Positions 11,634 to 23,344 of a DNA stretch of 64,000 nt are shown piece after piece; the stretch's first letter is position 1, and the number at the start of each line of letters is the position of its first letter. The position numbers and the translations under genes were made by a program. The notes under the pieces are model-generated. The model did no database searches, was not told the origin of the DNA, and saw nothing but the letters and a program-made list of their open reading frames with translations. The stretch is from Macrostomum hystrix (lineage: Eukaryota; Animalia; Platyhelminthes): NCBI GenBank assembly GCA_950097015.1, contig CATNEN010000007.1:6138001-6202000 (forward strand). The letters run 5' to 3'.

Positions 11634-14600
11634 TCCCTGACCCCGTTAGTTCACTCCCGCCGTCTAATAGTCTCTTCGCTGGCCGCTGTCAGCATCAATA
11701 TGGCCACTGCGGGTTGTTCCCCATTAAGGTTTGGGCCTGGGATTAAGACTGTGGATTAAGGCTTGGCTATCGCGGCGAATGGAAGAATGGGGAATTAAAA
11801 GCTTTTGACCGCGGAGGCTCTCATTTTTCTTACTCAATTCTTCACGGCCGCGAATGGTCAAGTGAACTGAGCGGCTCACTTTCTAGAGATGATCAGTGAT
11901 CGAAGCTGATGACCTGCTCAAACTTTCTCATTTCTGAATTTTTACTACCGCATCCCCATTTTAAATAATCCTCAATCCTTGAATATCAGTTTCAGAATCC
12001 CCAATCCTCGTACATCCTCATTTCCGAATCCCAAATCCTACATCATCATTTTCAAATCCCTAATCCCACATCATCATTTTCAAATCCCCAATCCTATGTA
12101 CTCATTTCCGAATCCCCGTTTCTATATCCCCATGTCCGAATCCCCAATCCCACATCTTCATTTCAGAATCCCCAATCCTGCATCCTCATTTCCGAATCCC
12201 CATTTCTATATCCTCATGCCCGAACCCCAATCCTACATCCTCATTTTCTAATCCCTAAGCCCACATCAACATTTTCAAACCCCCAATCCTATGTCTTCAT
12301 TTCCGAATCCCCGTTTCTATATCCCCATGTCCGAATCCCCAATCCCACATCTTCATTTCAGAATCCCCAATCCTGCATCCTCATTTCCGAATCCCCATTT
12401 CTATATCCTCATGCCCGAATCCCCAATCCAACATCCTCATTTTCCAATTCCCAATCCCACATCTTCATTTCAGAATCCCCAATCCTGCATCCTCATTTCC
12501 GAATCCCCAATCGCTCACCCGGATCTCGCCCACTCTGCAGGGCGCCCTGCAGTAGGACTGGATGCTGGCGCGGCCCTTCGGCCAGCGGATCAGGGAGCGG
12601 TCGATCACGATCTGGCTTGAGTTGGCTGTCTGGCCGGCCCAGTTGCCGACGTGCATGTACTCGTAATAGTGCGACTGGTTTCCCAGGCTGACCTTCTGGT
12701 AGTTGAGTATCTCGTATCTGCGGTGGAGGGGATCGGGGGCCATTAAATCCGCCATTTATCACACTGTGAGAAAATTATGGGCCTCGGCCAATTCCATGGT
12801 GGGAGTCTGTAGGATGCTCGTCCCAAATCAGTCGGGGTACTCACCTAATTATAGCTGGCGGTCAGAGCTTGGTTTGGGCTGCGAAATTCAAGCGAAATGA
12901 TTTATGATCAAAGACATCTATGATTTGCCGAGTTTTTGCTGCTGTATCCAGCTTGATGCTTTCTTTTAGATAAGGAAGTATTCTTAAAGTAATGTAATCT
13001 TCACTGGTTTCTGCTGCTATGGGTGCTTAAATGTTTAGGTTTTGTTTATCTGTGCCTGTATGATTGTAAGCTAATATTTTATAATCGGTGCCTGAATGAT
13101 AGTCGGTGCCTGGATGATAGTCGGTGCCTGGATGATAGTCGGTGCCTGGATGATAGTCGGTGCCTGGATGATAATCGGTGCCTGGATGATAATCAGTGCC
13201 TGGATGACAATCGGTGCCTGGATGACAATCGGTGCCTGGATGAAAATCGGTGCCTGGATGACAATCGGTGCCTGGATGATAATCGGTGCCTGGATGATAA
13301 TCGGTGCCTGGATGATAATCAGTGCCTGGATGACAATCGGTGCCTGGATGACAATCGGTGCCTGGATGAAAATCGGTGCCTGGATGACAATCGGTGCCTG
13401 GATGATAATCGGTGCCTGGATGATAATCGGTGCCTGGATGATAATCGGTGCCTGGATGATAATCGGTGCCTGGATGATAATCGGTGCCTGGATGATAATC
13501 GGTGCCTGGATGATAATCGGTGCCTGGATGATAATGGGTGCCTGGATGACAATCGGTGCCTGGATGATAATAGGTGCCTGGATGATAATCGGTGCCTGGA
13601 TGATAATCGGTGCCTGGATCATGATCGTTGCCTGGATGATAATCCGTGCCTGGATGATAATCGGTGCCTGGATCATGATCGTTGCCTGGATGATAATCGG
13701 TGCCTGGATGATAATCGGTGCCTGGATCATGATCGGTGCCTGGATGATAATCGGGGCATGTATTATAATCGTGCCTTCGGATGGCTATTTTGTCTGGATG
13801 ATTCAATGGATGTTTGACTCCGTTGACTTTTTGCTCCCAGATGTCCAAAGTTTTAGCCACCTTTAATGTAGGGTGCCTTTCCAAACCAAAAGTACTGCAT
13901 CGGCAGGTGCATAGAAGCTTCTTTTGCCCCCCCAAGTGTGTTCACCTGCCCGGCGGGTCGCCCTTATCGTCGAACGCCAGGCTCTCGTTGGTGTAGGTCA
14001 GAAAGTTGGTCTTCATGAGTTTGTCCAGCAGCAGGGTGCCGTTAACAGGCAGGTAGCCTTTGCAGGGCCCGGCCGCGCCCATGCAGATGTTCAGGTGCAG
14101 GTCGTGCAGTGCGTAGGCCACGGTCCAGGCCGCGTTAACTACTAGGCCAAGTTTGGTGTCCTGCTTGAAGCCCTTGCTCAGGTCCTCGTGGCCTGATATG
14201 GGATTATAGATTAACGGGTGATTTGGGATTATAGATGAACTGGTGATTTGGGATTATATATGAACTGGTGATTTGTGATTTTAGATGAACTGATGATTTG
14301 GGATCGTAGATGAACTGATGATTTGGGATTATAGATGAACTGATGATTTGGGATCATAGATGAACTGGTGATTTGGGATTATATATGAACTGGTGATTTG
14401 GGATTATAGATTAACTGATGATTTGGGATTATAGATGAACTGATGATTTGGGATTATAGATGAACTGATGATTTGGGATCATAGATGAACTGGTGATTTG
14501 GGATTATATATGAACTGGTGATTTGTGATTTTAGATGAACTGATGATTTGGGATTATAGATGAACTGATGATTTGGGATCATAGATGAACTGGTGATTTG

Positions 14601-16599
14601 GGATTATAGATGAACTGATGATTTGGGATCATAGAATAACTGGTGATTTGGGATCATAGATTAATGGTGTTTTGGGATCATAGATGAACTGGTGATATGG
14701 GATTCCATAGTCGCAAAAAAATCAAACTGAATCCTGAAAAGTTCCAGAAAGCTAGAACCCAGAAGTCGAGTTGGCAAAATATGCATATCTGCTATTGTTA
14801 GCATTTGTGTCTGAAGCCAATCAGAGATGTAGAATGAAATCAGCAGAATTTAATTACGCTACAAAATCGAGAGAAGACAGAGAGAGAGGTGAGGACAGAG
14901 TAGGGCAGTTCATCTGAGAAGCTCCGCAATGTCCCTGTTTCTAGATTTTTTGAAACCGACAATTTTTTGGATTATCTTGGATTTTAACCAGGCGAAATGT
15001 TCATATAGCGGAGTCGAGTGTCTACCGTGTCTTATGATCTGCCATAGACAAATGTGAAACATTTATACAGAACGGAAAGAGGTAGATAGAGAGAGATGAC
15101 AAAGAGAAGACACAGCGGAGAGAGGTAGAAATATAGAGATAGACAGAGAGAGGTAGACAGAGAGAGGTAGACAGAGAGAGGTAGACAAATAGAGATAGAC
15201 AGAGAGAGGTAGACAGAGAGAGGTAGACAGAGAGAGGTAGACAAATAGAGATCGACAGAGAGAGGTAGACAGAGAGAGGTAGACAGAGAGAGGTAGACAG
15301 AGAGAGGTAGACAGATAGAGGTAGACAGAGAGAGGTAGACATATAGAGATAGAGAGATATAGACAGAGAGGTAGACAGAGAGATATAGACAGCGGAGAGA
15401 GGTAGACAGAGAGATATAGACAGAGCGGAGAGAGGTAGACAGAGAGATGTAGACAGAGCGGAGAGAGGTAGACAGAGCGGAGAGCGGGAGAGGAGAGCAA
15501 GCTCGTACCTGAGCACATTCGCCTGCCAGGCTCGCCAGTCAGCGAGCAGTTGAATTTCTCTTCCCAGAACTCGCGGAACCAGGGATTGTCCGGGTTGCGA
15601 TCCGGCCGCAGGCCGAACCAGAACTCGTTGAAGTGCGGCACAGGCGGCGAGGTCAGCCTGATGGACAGGGAGCCGACGGCGGCCTCGCTGAATGCTCGCT
15701 GGCCGCTGGCCTGGTCCACAACGTCGCCAAGGACGTCTAGTCGGTCAGCCCAGCCGTCGCTGAAGAAAGTCGGTGGAAAGACGGAAATCTCAACGAGTCT
15801 TTGCGTTTGGCTTGGAGGCAAAGAAATCAGACCTCCCCGGATAAATTAGTCAAAGGCGTCGGACCTCCATGCACAATTTAATCAAAGGGGTCGGAACTCC
15901 AAAAATACATATTAGCCAAAGGGGTCGGACCACCTCAAACATATTAGCCAAAGGGGTCGGACCACCTCAAACATATTAGCCAAAGGGGTCGGACCACCCC
16001 AAACATATTAGCCAAAGGGGTCGGACCACCTCAAACATATTAGCCAAAGGGGTCGGACCAACTCGGACATATGAGCCAAAAGGGTCGGACCACCCCGGAT
16101 ATATGAGTCAATGGGGTCGGACCTGCCTTGAAATACGAATCAAAGGGGTCGGACCTCCCCGGATAAATGAGCCAAAGGGGTCGGACCTCGCCGGACCCGT
16201 GAGACAAAGGGCTCGGACCTCCCTTGATGATTAAACTTAGGACATTTCCTGTCGCCCTATACTTAAGCTATAGAGAAAAGCTCAAAGGTCAACCACGTAG
16301 CAACAGCAGCAGCAACATTCACTTGCAGCATGAATGCTTTGCGTTCCTATCAGAATTGTTATTTAGGTTGATTGACAGGCTGACAAGACAGTGAAGAGTG
16401 TTCTCATCACCCAAGATTTTTTAAGTGCTTTCCGCTCAGAATGGCTCATAATTAGGCATGAGCTGAGCATGAGCAGGAGCAAACAGAGAGGTGACAACCT
16501 GATTTTTCAGACCCTCGCTTAAAACCAAAAAAGGTGCGATTCCTACTCAAAATAGTTGCAAAATCTGGCAGGCCTCATCCTGGCTGCTCAGCTTGGGGA

Positions 16600-16634
<35 letters not shown>

Positions 16635-19600
16635 AAACACTGAGTGGGATCAAATCGGTTGGGAAGCCGCCCGCCATTGCATTCTCCCATCGGCCTAGGC
16701 GGCAGAAGTTGACAAGATTACAGCTCGGTGGGGCCGAATTTTCTTTTCCAGCATGTAATTTCTGTCTTGTCAAGCTGGGCGGCCTCCCCCAGGACGGCCC
16801 CCGCTCCGCCTCCTTAGAAGCGAAGGCAGAACAAGAAGGGCTCTCAGCTCAGCTCGTCCCCGCAGCTCGAGGTGGAGTGCCGCTGCGCCGCTGAAATTTG
16901 TGTCCATGCACCCCCCTCATCATAACTTCTCCAACTCAACTGTGTTTCTCCCTCCGGCCTCCAAGCACCAAGCTCCGGCTCGCGGCCTAGTTCGCGCTGC
17001 ACTTTCTGAGAAGCAGCAGCAACAGCAGCAGCAGCCTCCAGGGACACCGGGGCCCGGTCAGAGAGTCCGAAGGCACTGACTGACGTGAATGAGAGAGAAT
17101 CCCTAACTACACAAAGGTGCTATCAATCACTAAGCAGGAATGGCCTTAGCGGCCAACCGTGTCCCCCATTAGAAGCGGTGCTGGCAGGTGTGCGCAGAGT
17201 GCAGCCTGGCAGACCGGATAGCGCCTGTCTTATTTTATATCTCTTCCATTGATAAGGCTAATTTGTTGCCGGAACATGTTACTTTTCCAAGAAACTCGGA
17301 TTTCTGCATTTCGCATTTCGATTCTAAGATCAGATGCAACCCCTTTGACTAAACAAATGATTTAGTTTACTATGAAACATCCAAACTCCTGGGCAAAAGC
17401 CAGCCCAGTTGTGCATGCAGACTGGGTCCACTTGAAGTCCTTCAATTTGCCGACCCCCAGCCTGGCCAAGAGTTAATCTCAGGCAGGTGTGCGCTGCTTA
17501 ATTAGCGTTTCTCTTTGTAACCCATTTAACCCCACTATTATGTTCTGGGGGAGACCTGTCAGCGCTGCCAGCGCGTCTGCTTCTTTCTGGCTAAGGAAGA
17601 CCAACCGCTGCGCCTTTAATTAAGACAACCCGGATAGTCAGTTCAGGAGAATTGTAATTTCTATTGAAAACAAACCCGCAGAAATTATTTATGTCCACCA
17701 TCAAGCATTATCTCCCCTCTCCACTTCCTGCAGAGGACCCTTTTCTCCTCTGCTTCTACCTCCTGACTTCCCCTTCTCCCTCCTGACCTCCCCTTCACCC
17801 TCCTGACCTCCCCTTCTCCCTCCTGACCTCCCCTTCACCCTCCTGACCTCCCCTTCACCCTCCTGACCTCCCCTTCTCCCCCCTGACCTCCCCTTCTCCC
17901 CCCTGACCTCCCCTTCTCCCTCCTGACCTCCCCTTCTCCCTCCTGACCTCCCTTCTCCCTCCTGACCTCCCCTTCTCCCTCCTGACCTCCCTTCTCCCCC
18001 CTGAACTCCCCTTCACCTCCTGACCTCCCCTCCTCCCTCCTGACCTCCCCTTCACCCTCCTGACCTCCCCTTCACCCTCCTGACCTCCCCTTCTCCCCCC
18101 TGACCTCCCCTTCTCCCTCCTGACCTCCCCTTCTCCCTCCTGACCTTCCCTTCTCCCTCCTGACCTCCCTTCTCCCTTTTGGCCATCCTTGCACCCTTTT
18201 GACCTCCCATTCTCCCTCCTTACATCCGATTCTCCCTCCTGACCTTCCCTTCTCCCTCCTGACCTTCCCTTCTGCCTCCTGACCTCCCCTTCTCCCTCCT
18301 GACCTCCCCTTCTCCCTCTAGACTTCCTCTTCTCCCTCGTCACTTCAGTTTCTGAGCTGGGTAACGCACATGCACTATTAGTGACAATCTAAATTACTAA
18401 TGCTATCTTTTTACCAGTAAGATAGTAAAACACATGGAAAATTTTCAACCTAATTTCTAAACTCGCTGTCAAATGTGAACAAGGCCCACACCAATTATCC
18501 GGCCTTCCGAGGTCGCCAAGGTTGGAAAGTGATGATCTGGGAGGACAGGCGGGAACTAATTATGATCTCGGTAGTGGCTGAGTGCACTTGTTAATCGTCC
18601 TGGCACTCGTGAGTCAAGCCTGAGACAGCTTCATCGTGCTTAAAACAGCTTTGGCTTTGCTGGCCTAGGCACAGGTCTGCTTCCATCAGATAGAGGGGCC
18701 GAGAGCATATTGGTATGAGTTCCGATTTTTATCCAGGAAATTCTCAAATTTCAGTTTCTCAATCTATTAGAATCATGTTCTAAATATCTGAATATCATCC
18801 GAACAGATATTTGAGATCTGGAGTCCCGCAGAAAGCGGAAAGGAGTCGTGCAACTGAAAACGCAGAACAGCTGAAATAACAAATAACAAAAGCTGCATCT
18901 TGCTGTAAAGTCTCGTGAAGCCTCGACAGCTTCCTATCCACACCTGCTGGGCACTAGGGCACTTCTGACAGGCCCGATGACACGGCATCACTTCACACCC
19001 TCATTCCTTCCCATCATCTGAAGGATATCATCGGCTTCATCACTAGCAATGGTCTCAAATACAGTCGCATTTTTTGCTCAAACCACTAGCTAAAAGGAGT
19101 GTCAGATGATTTGTTTTGAATCCCATTATACAGCTTCACCTGCTAAAGTTTCACATTGCCGCGAGTAGATAACACTGGCCAGGTCATGCCTGTGAATTAT
19201 AACTATAATTATAATAATAACAATTGCAGGAGGGCTGCGGGCAATGGCACACCGTTTGGTGCCACCAGACCCGCAGCCAGCGATGAGGCAATTCTGCCCA
19301 TTCCGCTGACTCCTGAGGACACACAGATACTGTACGCAGGCACACACTCACGCAGGTGAGTACATCTGCTCGGACTCTCTCATTGTCAGACATCCCCTTA
19401 TACATTCTCGCCCCCAAATGAATGTGGCGTCGCCACGGAATCGAGATCAGGGACCTTGGTGCAAACGCGTTAACCGCTCAGCCACTCCAATGTGAATATA
19501 CAGGAGTCAAATTAAAAAAATGACATCTCTATATTTGTCTAAAATCCGTTTTTCATGAGTATAGCTGACTGACTCCCAAACACTAAATAGTCTATAATAA

Positions 19601-20737
19601 CTATACATTTTATGACCGCTCTGCACTGGGGGGGGGCGGCCAAAGTTATCTGACAAAAAAGTCAGAGCGCAGTTCACCCTGTTTTATGACATGCGCCTTC
19701 AAAAACTGCATCTGGCTGTGCAGAATTTAACTAATTAAGGAATACAATTAATGCAACAATTTATCCAGGAATTGCCAGACTCACCTGCCGAAGATCACGA
19801 AGCCCTGCTGAGCATAGTTGAGCTCCTTGATGACCTGGAATAGCATCCGGACAGTCTCGCCCTCGCAGAAGCAGAGCACAACCTTGGCCCGCTTCTCGCC
19901 CTCCTCGGACGAGTTGAAGAGGCCGTGGGCCAGCTCCTGGAATTTGGCGAGCGACTCGGAGCTGGCGATGTGCCTCTCCTGGTCGATGCAGATGCTGTGC
20001 TCTCCTCGGTGGTCGTTGTCGATGAGCTCCTTGATCTTTCGGATACCGCCGGCGCCATAGTTGCCTTCGGTGTGGAGAAGAGACACGTAGGTCCAGCCCA
20101 TCTGACGGACGACATCGAACATCGCCGTGGCCTGGAAGGTGTCGGAGGCCACGACCCTGAGGAAGTACTTATAGGCGTCCTTCTTGCTGAGGTCGGTGGA
20201 GGTAGCTGAGTAGCCGATCTGCGGTATCTTGAACAGCTGCAGCAGGTTCTGCACCTGGATGGTGACATCGGAGCCGCCTGGGCCGATCAGTGCGGCGATG
20301 GGCTGGGTGTTGTTGCCGACGTCCTCGCAGGCGCCGGGGCGGCCGCCGCGGTGACCGGCGGAGTGCCGATCGGCGTAGGCCAGGCTGTTGCGAATGAAGT
20401 CAATGCTCTGCTCCAGTGCGATGGGCGCGTACCAGCAGCTGTCGCGAATGTCTAGCCCGATCTTCAGGCCGGGCAGGATCTTCGGATCGTCGTTGATCTC
20501 CCGGATGGTCTTCATCAGCACCTCGACGCGGTGCATGCCGTAGTGCTCGCGCACCCGGCCGCACTTGCGAACGTAGGTGTCCAGCCCCGTCGGGCTCTCG
20601 TGAATCGGGAACAGGGCGCCGACGATGATGTCGCCGGGGAGTCTGGCGATGGCCCGGCGCCTCTCGGCCAGGCCGGCCCGCGGCTGAAGCAGCAACAGCA
20701 GCGGCAGCAGCGGCAGCAGCCGCAGCATTGGCGGCAT
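7601..20737 (-). CDS. GRM1/5-like: Metabotropic glutamate receptor, group I (mGluR1/5)-like, class C GPCR; 7 coding exons, 3417 nt, 1138 aa
   Basis: Exons 20737-19785, 15759-15509, 14192-13946, 12717-12519, 9838-9703, 9618-8709 and 8321-7601 join in frame via GT-AG introns (phases 2,1,2,0,1,2). Signal peptide, Venus flytrap domain, Cys-rich domain and 7TM ([27 protein letters not shown]) are present. The juxtamembrane tail KPEKNSRSAFSTTKEVRCHIG is of group I type. Confidence 0.93.
8416..8684. repeat. Imperfect (CAAA)n microsatellite filling mGluR intron 6
   Basis: Visible tetranucleotide run. Confidence 0.9.
8709..9618 (-). CDS. GRM1/5-like: mGluR coding exon 6 (7TM domain)
   Basis: CEVIPIDYLHW...TPVVKASTREL...KTNRIARIL...FAPKLYIILFKPEKN. 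Donor GA|GTGAGT. Confidence 0.95.
9703..9838 (-). CDS. GRM1/5-like: mGluR coding exon 5 (cysteine-rich domain)
   Basis: VVATKRKKCCWRCKSCDE...CTKCDNGTRPNDNHT. Acceptor acgcag|, donor CAG|GTGAG, followed by an 84-nt intron. Confidence 0.92.
10622..10926 (-). mobile_element. tRNA-derived SINE with CORE-like domain (family A), near full length
   Basis: On the minus strand: A box TAGCCTTGTGG, B box GGTTCGATTCC, CORE-like GTGTCCTTTAGCAAGACACTTAAC...TGTTAAATGGGTACC, and an AT-rich tail. Fragments recur at ~1263-1338 and ~2514-2549. Confidence 0.8.
10940..11410. repeat. 22-bp purine-rich minisatellite (GAGGAAGGTTGAGCGGTAGAGG)
   Basis: ~20 copies; one orphan unit at ~10597-10621 on the other side of SINE A. 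Confidence 0.92.
11990..12511. repeat. Degenerate 28-bp minisatellite (GAATCCCCAATCCTGCATCCTCATTTCC) with a ~195-bp higher-order duplication
   Basis: Block at ~12096 is repeated at ~12291; the array abuts the exon 4 donor. Confidence 0.88.
12519..12717 (-). CDS. GRM1/5-like: mGluR coding exon 4
   Basis: RYEILNYQ...YEYMHVGNW...SYCRAPCRVGEIR. Acceptor ccgcag|, donor CGG|GTGAG. Confidence 0.92.
13080..13775. repeat. 18-bp minisatellite (TGGATGATAATCGGTGCC) in mGluR intron 3
   Basis: ~38 copies. Confidence 0.95.
13946..14192 (-). CDS. GRM1/5-like: mGluR coding exon 3 (missed in this frame by the ORF track)
   Basis: Translates GHEDLSKGFKQDTKLGLVVNAAWTVAYALHDLHLNIC...FDDKGDPPGR. Acceptor atatcag|, donor AG|GTGAA. 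Confidence 0.92.
14194..14705. repeat. 25-bp minisatellite (GGGATTATAGATGAACTGATGATTT) abutting the exon 3 acceptor
   Basis: ~20 copies. Confidence 0.94.
15075..15495. repeat. GA-rich ~16-bp minisatellite (GAGAGGTAGACAGAGA) abutting the exon 2 donor
   Basis: Visible purine-rich tandem array. Confidence 0.9.
15509..15759 (-). CDS. GRM1/5-like: mGluR coding exon 2
   Basis: Acceptor tttcttcag|C completes S-DGWADR; NPWFREFWEEKFNC; donor CAG|GTAC. Confidence 0.93.
15830..16225. repeat. 32-bp minisatellite (AAAGGGGTCGGACCACCTCAAACATATTAGCC)
   Basis: ~12 copies, homogeneous in the centre and diverged at the edges. Confidence 0.9.
17755..18345. repeat. 20-bp pyrimidine-rich minisatellite (TCCTGACCTCCCCTTCTCCC)
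   Basis: ~29 copies. Confidence 0.93.
19195..19488 (-). mobile_element. tRNA-derived SINE (family B), copy 2, in mGluR intron 1
   Basis: A box TGGCTGAGCGG. Shares the head (AAACGCGTTAACCGCTC, CAGGGACCTTGGTGC) and 3' body (GAGGCAATTCTGCCCATTCCGCTGACTCCTGAG) with copy 1. ATT-rich tail. Confidence 0.75.
19785..20737 (-). CDS. GRM1/5-like: mGluR coding exon 1 (signal peptide and N-terminal Venus flytrap)
   Basis: gccATG at 20737 starts MPPMLRLLPLLPLLLLL. Motifs GDIIVGALFPIH, IRDSCW, IQVQNLLQLFKIPQIGYSATS and FCEG. Donor AG|GTGAGT. Confidence 0.93.
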
Positions 20738-21364
20738 GGCTGCACTTGCAGTTGCGATAGTCAGAAAACGTGAGATCAAAATCCGGGTGGAAATCCGCCA
20801 AGTGGTCGCCGAGTCAGCAGGCAAGCCATCGTGTGTAGCAACTCTTCAGCGGCTCGTCAGTATGAAGCTTTATTAGGCTGTCCATTGGGCCAAGGCAGAG
20901 ATTAGCCAACCAATGGGAGACCGGGATGATCTGAACAGGACTGCCTAATGAAATGGAAATATCGCATAGCAGCTTCCACACCTGCAGCTATAGAAAACTA
21001 CAGAAGAAAATCACAATAAAAAGGCAATAAAAGCATGGAAACAAGCGGTAGGAAATACAGGACAATGGGGTGCTCTTTCTCAAGCCTTTTTTAGCTTTTT
21101 GAAATTGTGATAAAAATTCTCGGAGAAGCCAGCGACTTCATTTCCTGCTCAGCCACTGGCTCAGGATCTGGCATCGGTAAAGACATTGAAGCTGGGATCT
21201 GGTCTGGATGGAAGAAATGGGATACGGGGACAACGGGAATCAGAGAGATCATGGTCCAAGGTTTGCTGACGAAAGGAAAACTCAGTTTGGCTAGTAAAAG
21301 TACGACAGGAAGACAACTTGGACATTGTGTAGACTGCTCTCACTGCCACAAAACTCCTTGTCCA

Positions 21365-22650
21365 ACTCACAACCTTCTTATCAACTCACAACCTTCTTAT
21401 CAATTTCACAACATTCTTATCAAATTCACAACCTTCTTATCAAATTCACAACATTCTTATCAAATTCACAACCTTCTTATCAAATTCACAACCTTCTTAT
21501 CAAATTCACAACCTTCTTATCAAATTCACAACCTTCTTATCAAATTCACAACCTTCTTATCAAATTCACAACCTTCTTATCAAATTCACAACCTTTTTAT
21601 CAATTTCACAACATTATTATCAAATTCAGAACCTTCTTATCAAATCACAACCTTCTTATCAAATTCACAACCTTCTTATCAAATTCACAACCTTCTTATC
21701 AAATTCACAACCTTCTTATCAAATTCACAACCTTCTTATCAAATTCACAACATTCTTATCAAATTCACAACCTTCTTATCAAATTCACAACCTTCTTATC
21801 AAATTCACAACCTTTATATCAATTTCACAACATTATTATCAAATTCAGAACCTTCTTATCAAATCACAACCTTCTTATCAAATTCACAACCTTCTTATCA
21901 AATTCACAACCTTCTTATCAAATTCACAACCTTCTTATCAAATTCACAACCTTCTTATCAAATTCACAACCTTCTTATCAATTTCACAACATTCTTATCA
22001 AATTCAGAACCTTCTTATCAAATCACAACCTTCTTATCAAATTCACAACCTTCTTATCAAATTCACAACCTTCTTATCAAATTCACAACCTTCTTATCAA
22101 ATTCACAACCTTCTTATCAAATTCACAACCTTCTTATCAATTTCACAACATTCTTATCAAATTCAGAACCTTCTTATCAATTCACAACATTCTTACTCAA
22201 TTCACAACCTTCTTATCAAATTCACAACCTTCTTATCAAATTCGCAACCTTCTTACTCAATTCACAACCTTCTTATCAAATTCACAACCTTCTTATCAAT
22301 TTCACAACCTTCTTATCAAATCAGAACCTTCTTATCAATTCACAACCTTCTTATCAATTTCACAACATTCTTATCAAATTCGCAACCTCCTTACTCAATT
22401 CACAGCATTCTTATCAAATTCAGAACCTTCTCATCAATTTCACAACATTCTTATCAAATTCGCAACCTTCTTATCAAATTCGCAACCTTCTTACTCAATT
22501 CACAACATTCTTATCAAATTCACAACATTCTTATCAAATTCACAACATTCTTATCAAATTCACAACATTCTTACTCAATTCACAACATTCTTATCAATTC
22601 GCAACATTCTCATCAAATTCGCAACCTTCTAATCAAATTTTCAGCCTTCT
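21365..22650. repeat. 20-bp minisatellite (CAAATTCACAACCTTCTTAT)
   Basis: ~64 copies with recurring variant blocks. Confidence 0.95.
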
Positions 22651-22717
22651 CGAATTCACAATATTTTCTACTCATCCAAAAGGGCTATTTTTCTCTTCTC
22701 AACCCAAGCCTCTAGAG

Positions 22718-23344
22718 CAGGGGTCGGCAAACTCCGGCCCGCGGGCCAGATGCGGCCCTCGAAGCTCCCAAATCCGGCCCGTTGCCCCTTCTGACATCTA
22801 CAGTGTCCTGTTTCATCTCTCTCGTGTCTAATCTCTCCCGTGTCTAATTTCTCCCGTGTCTAATCTCTCCCGTGTCTAATTTCTCCCGTGTCTAATCTCT
22901 CCTGTGTCTAATCTCTCCCGTGTCTAATTTCTCCCGTGTCTAATCTCTCCCGTGTCTAATCTCTCCCGTGTCTAATTTCTCCCGTGTCTAATCTCTCCCG
23001 TGTCTAATTTCTCCCGTGTCTAATCTCTCCCGTGTCTAATTTCTCCCGTGTCTAATCTCTCCCGTGTCTAATTTCTCCCGTGTCTAATCTCTCCCGTGTC
23101 TAATTTCTCCCGTGTCTAATCTCTTCCGTGTCTAATCTCTTCCGTATCTAATCTCTTCCCTGTCTTATCTCTTCCCTGTCTTATCTCTCCCGTGTCTCAT
23201 CTCTCTCGTGTCCCATCTTTCCTGTGTCTCATCTCTCCCGTGTCTCATCTCTCCCCTATCTCATATTTATACAGTCAATGCGGCCCGCTGTCGTCTTTTA
23301 GGCTCTCTCTTTGGCCCGCCAGAAAATAAGTTTGCCTGCCCCTG
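22718..23344. mobile_element. Non-autonomous hAT (Charlie/Buster-type) MITE containing an internal 16-bp minisatellite
   Basis: 16-bp TIRs CAGGGGTCGGCAAACT / AGTTTGCCTGCCCCTG (14/16 match). Perfect 8-bp TSD CTCTAGAG at 22710-22717 and 23345-23352. Subterminal (C/T)GGCCC repeats at both ends. Confidence 0.92.
22813..23262. repeat. 16-bp minisatellite (TCTAATCTCTCCCGTG) inside the hAT MITE
   Basis: ~28 copies between the TIRs. Confidence 0.93.

Noticed and set aside
13023-13935. Repeat ORFs CLDDNR / DYHPGT
   Set aside because: 18-bp intronic minisatellite open in most frames; no evidence for a nested gene.
1-14705. Hammerhead ribozyme cores (CTGATGA in the 30-bp and 25-bp repeats and near 11907)
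   Set aside because: No downstream stem II plus GAAA and no closing helices were seen.
17445-17460. TTTGCCGACCCC resembling the hAT right TIR
   Set aside because: Isolated partial match with no partner TIR or TSD found.
21107-22831. 574-aa and 435-aa ORFs
   Set aside because: A stop-free 20-bp repeat cycling through all frames and running into a MITE.
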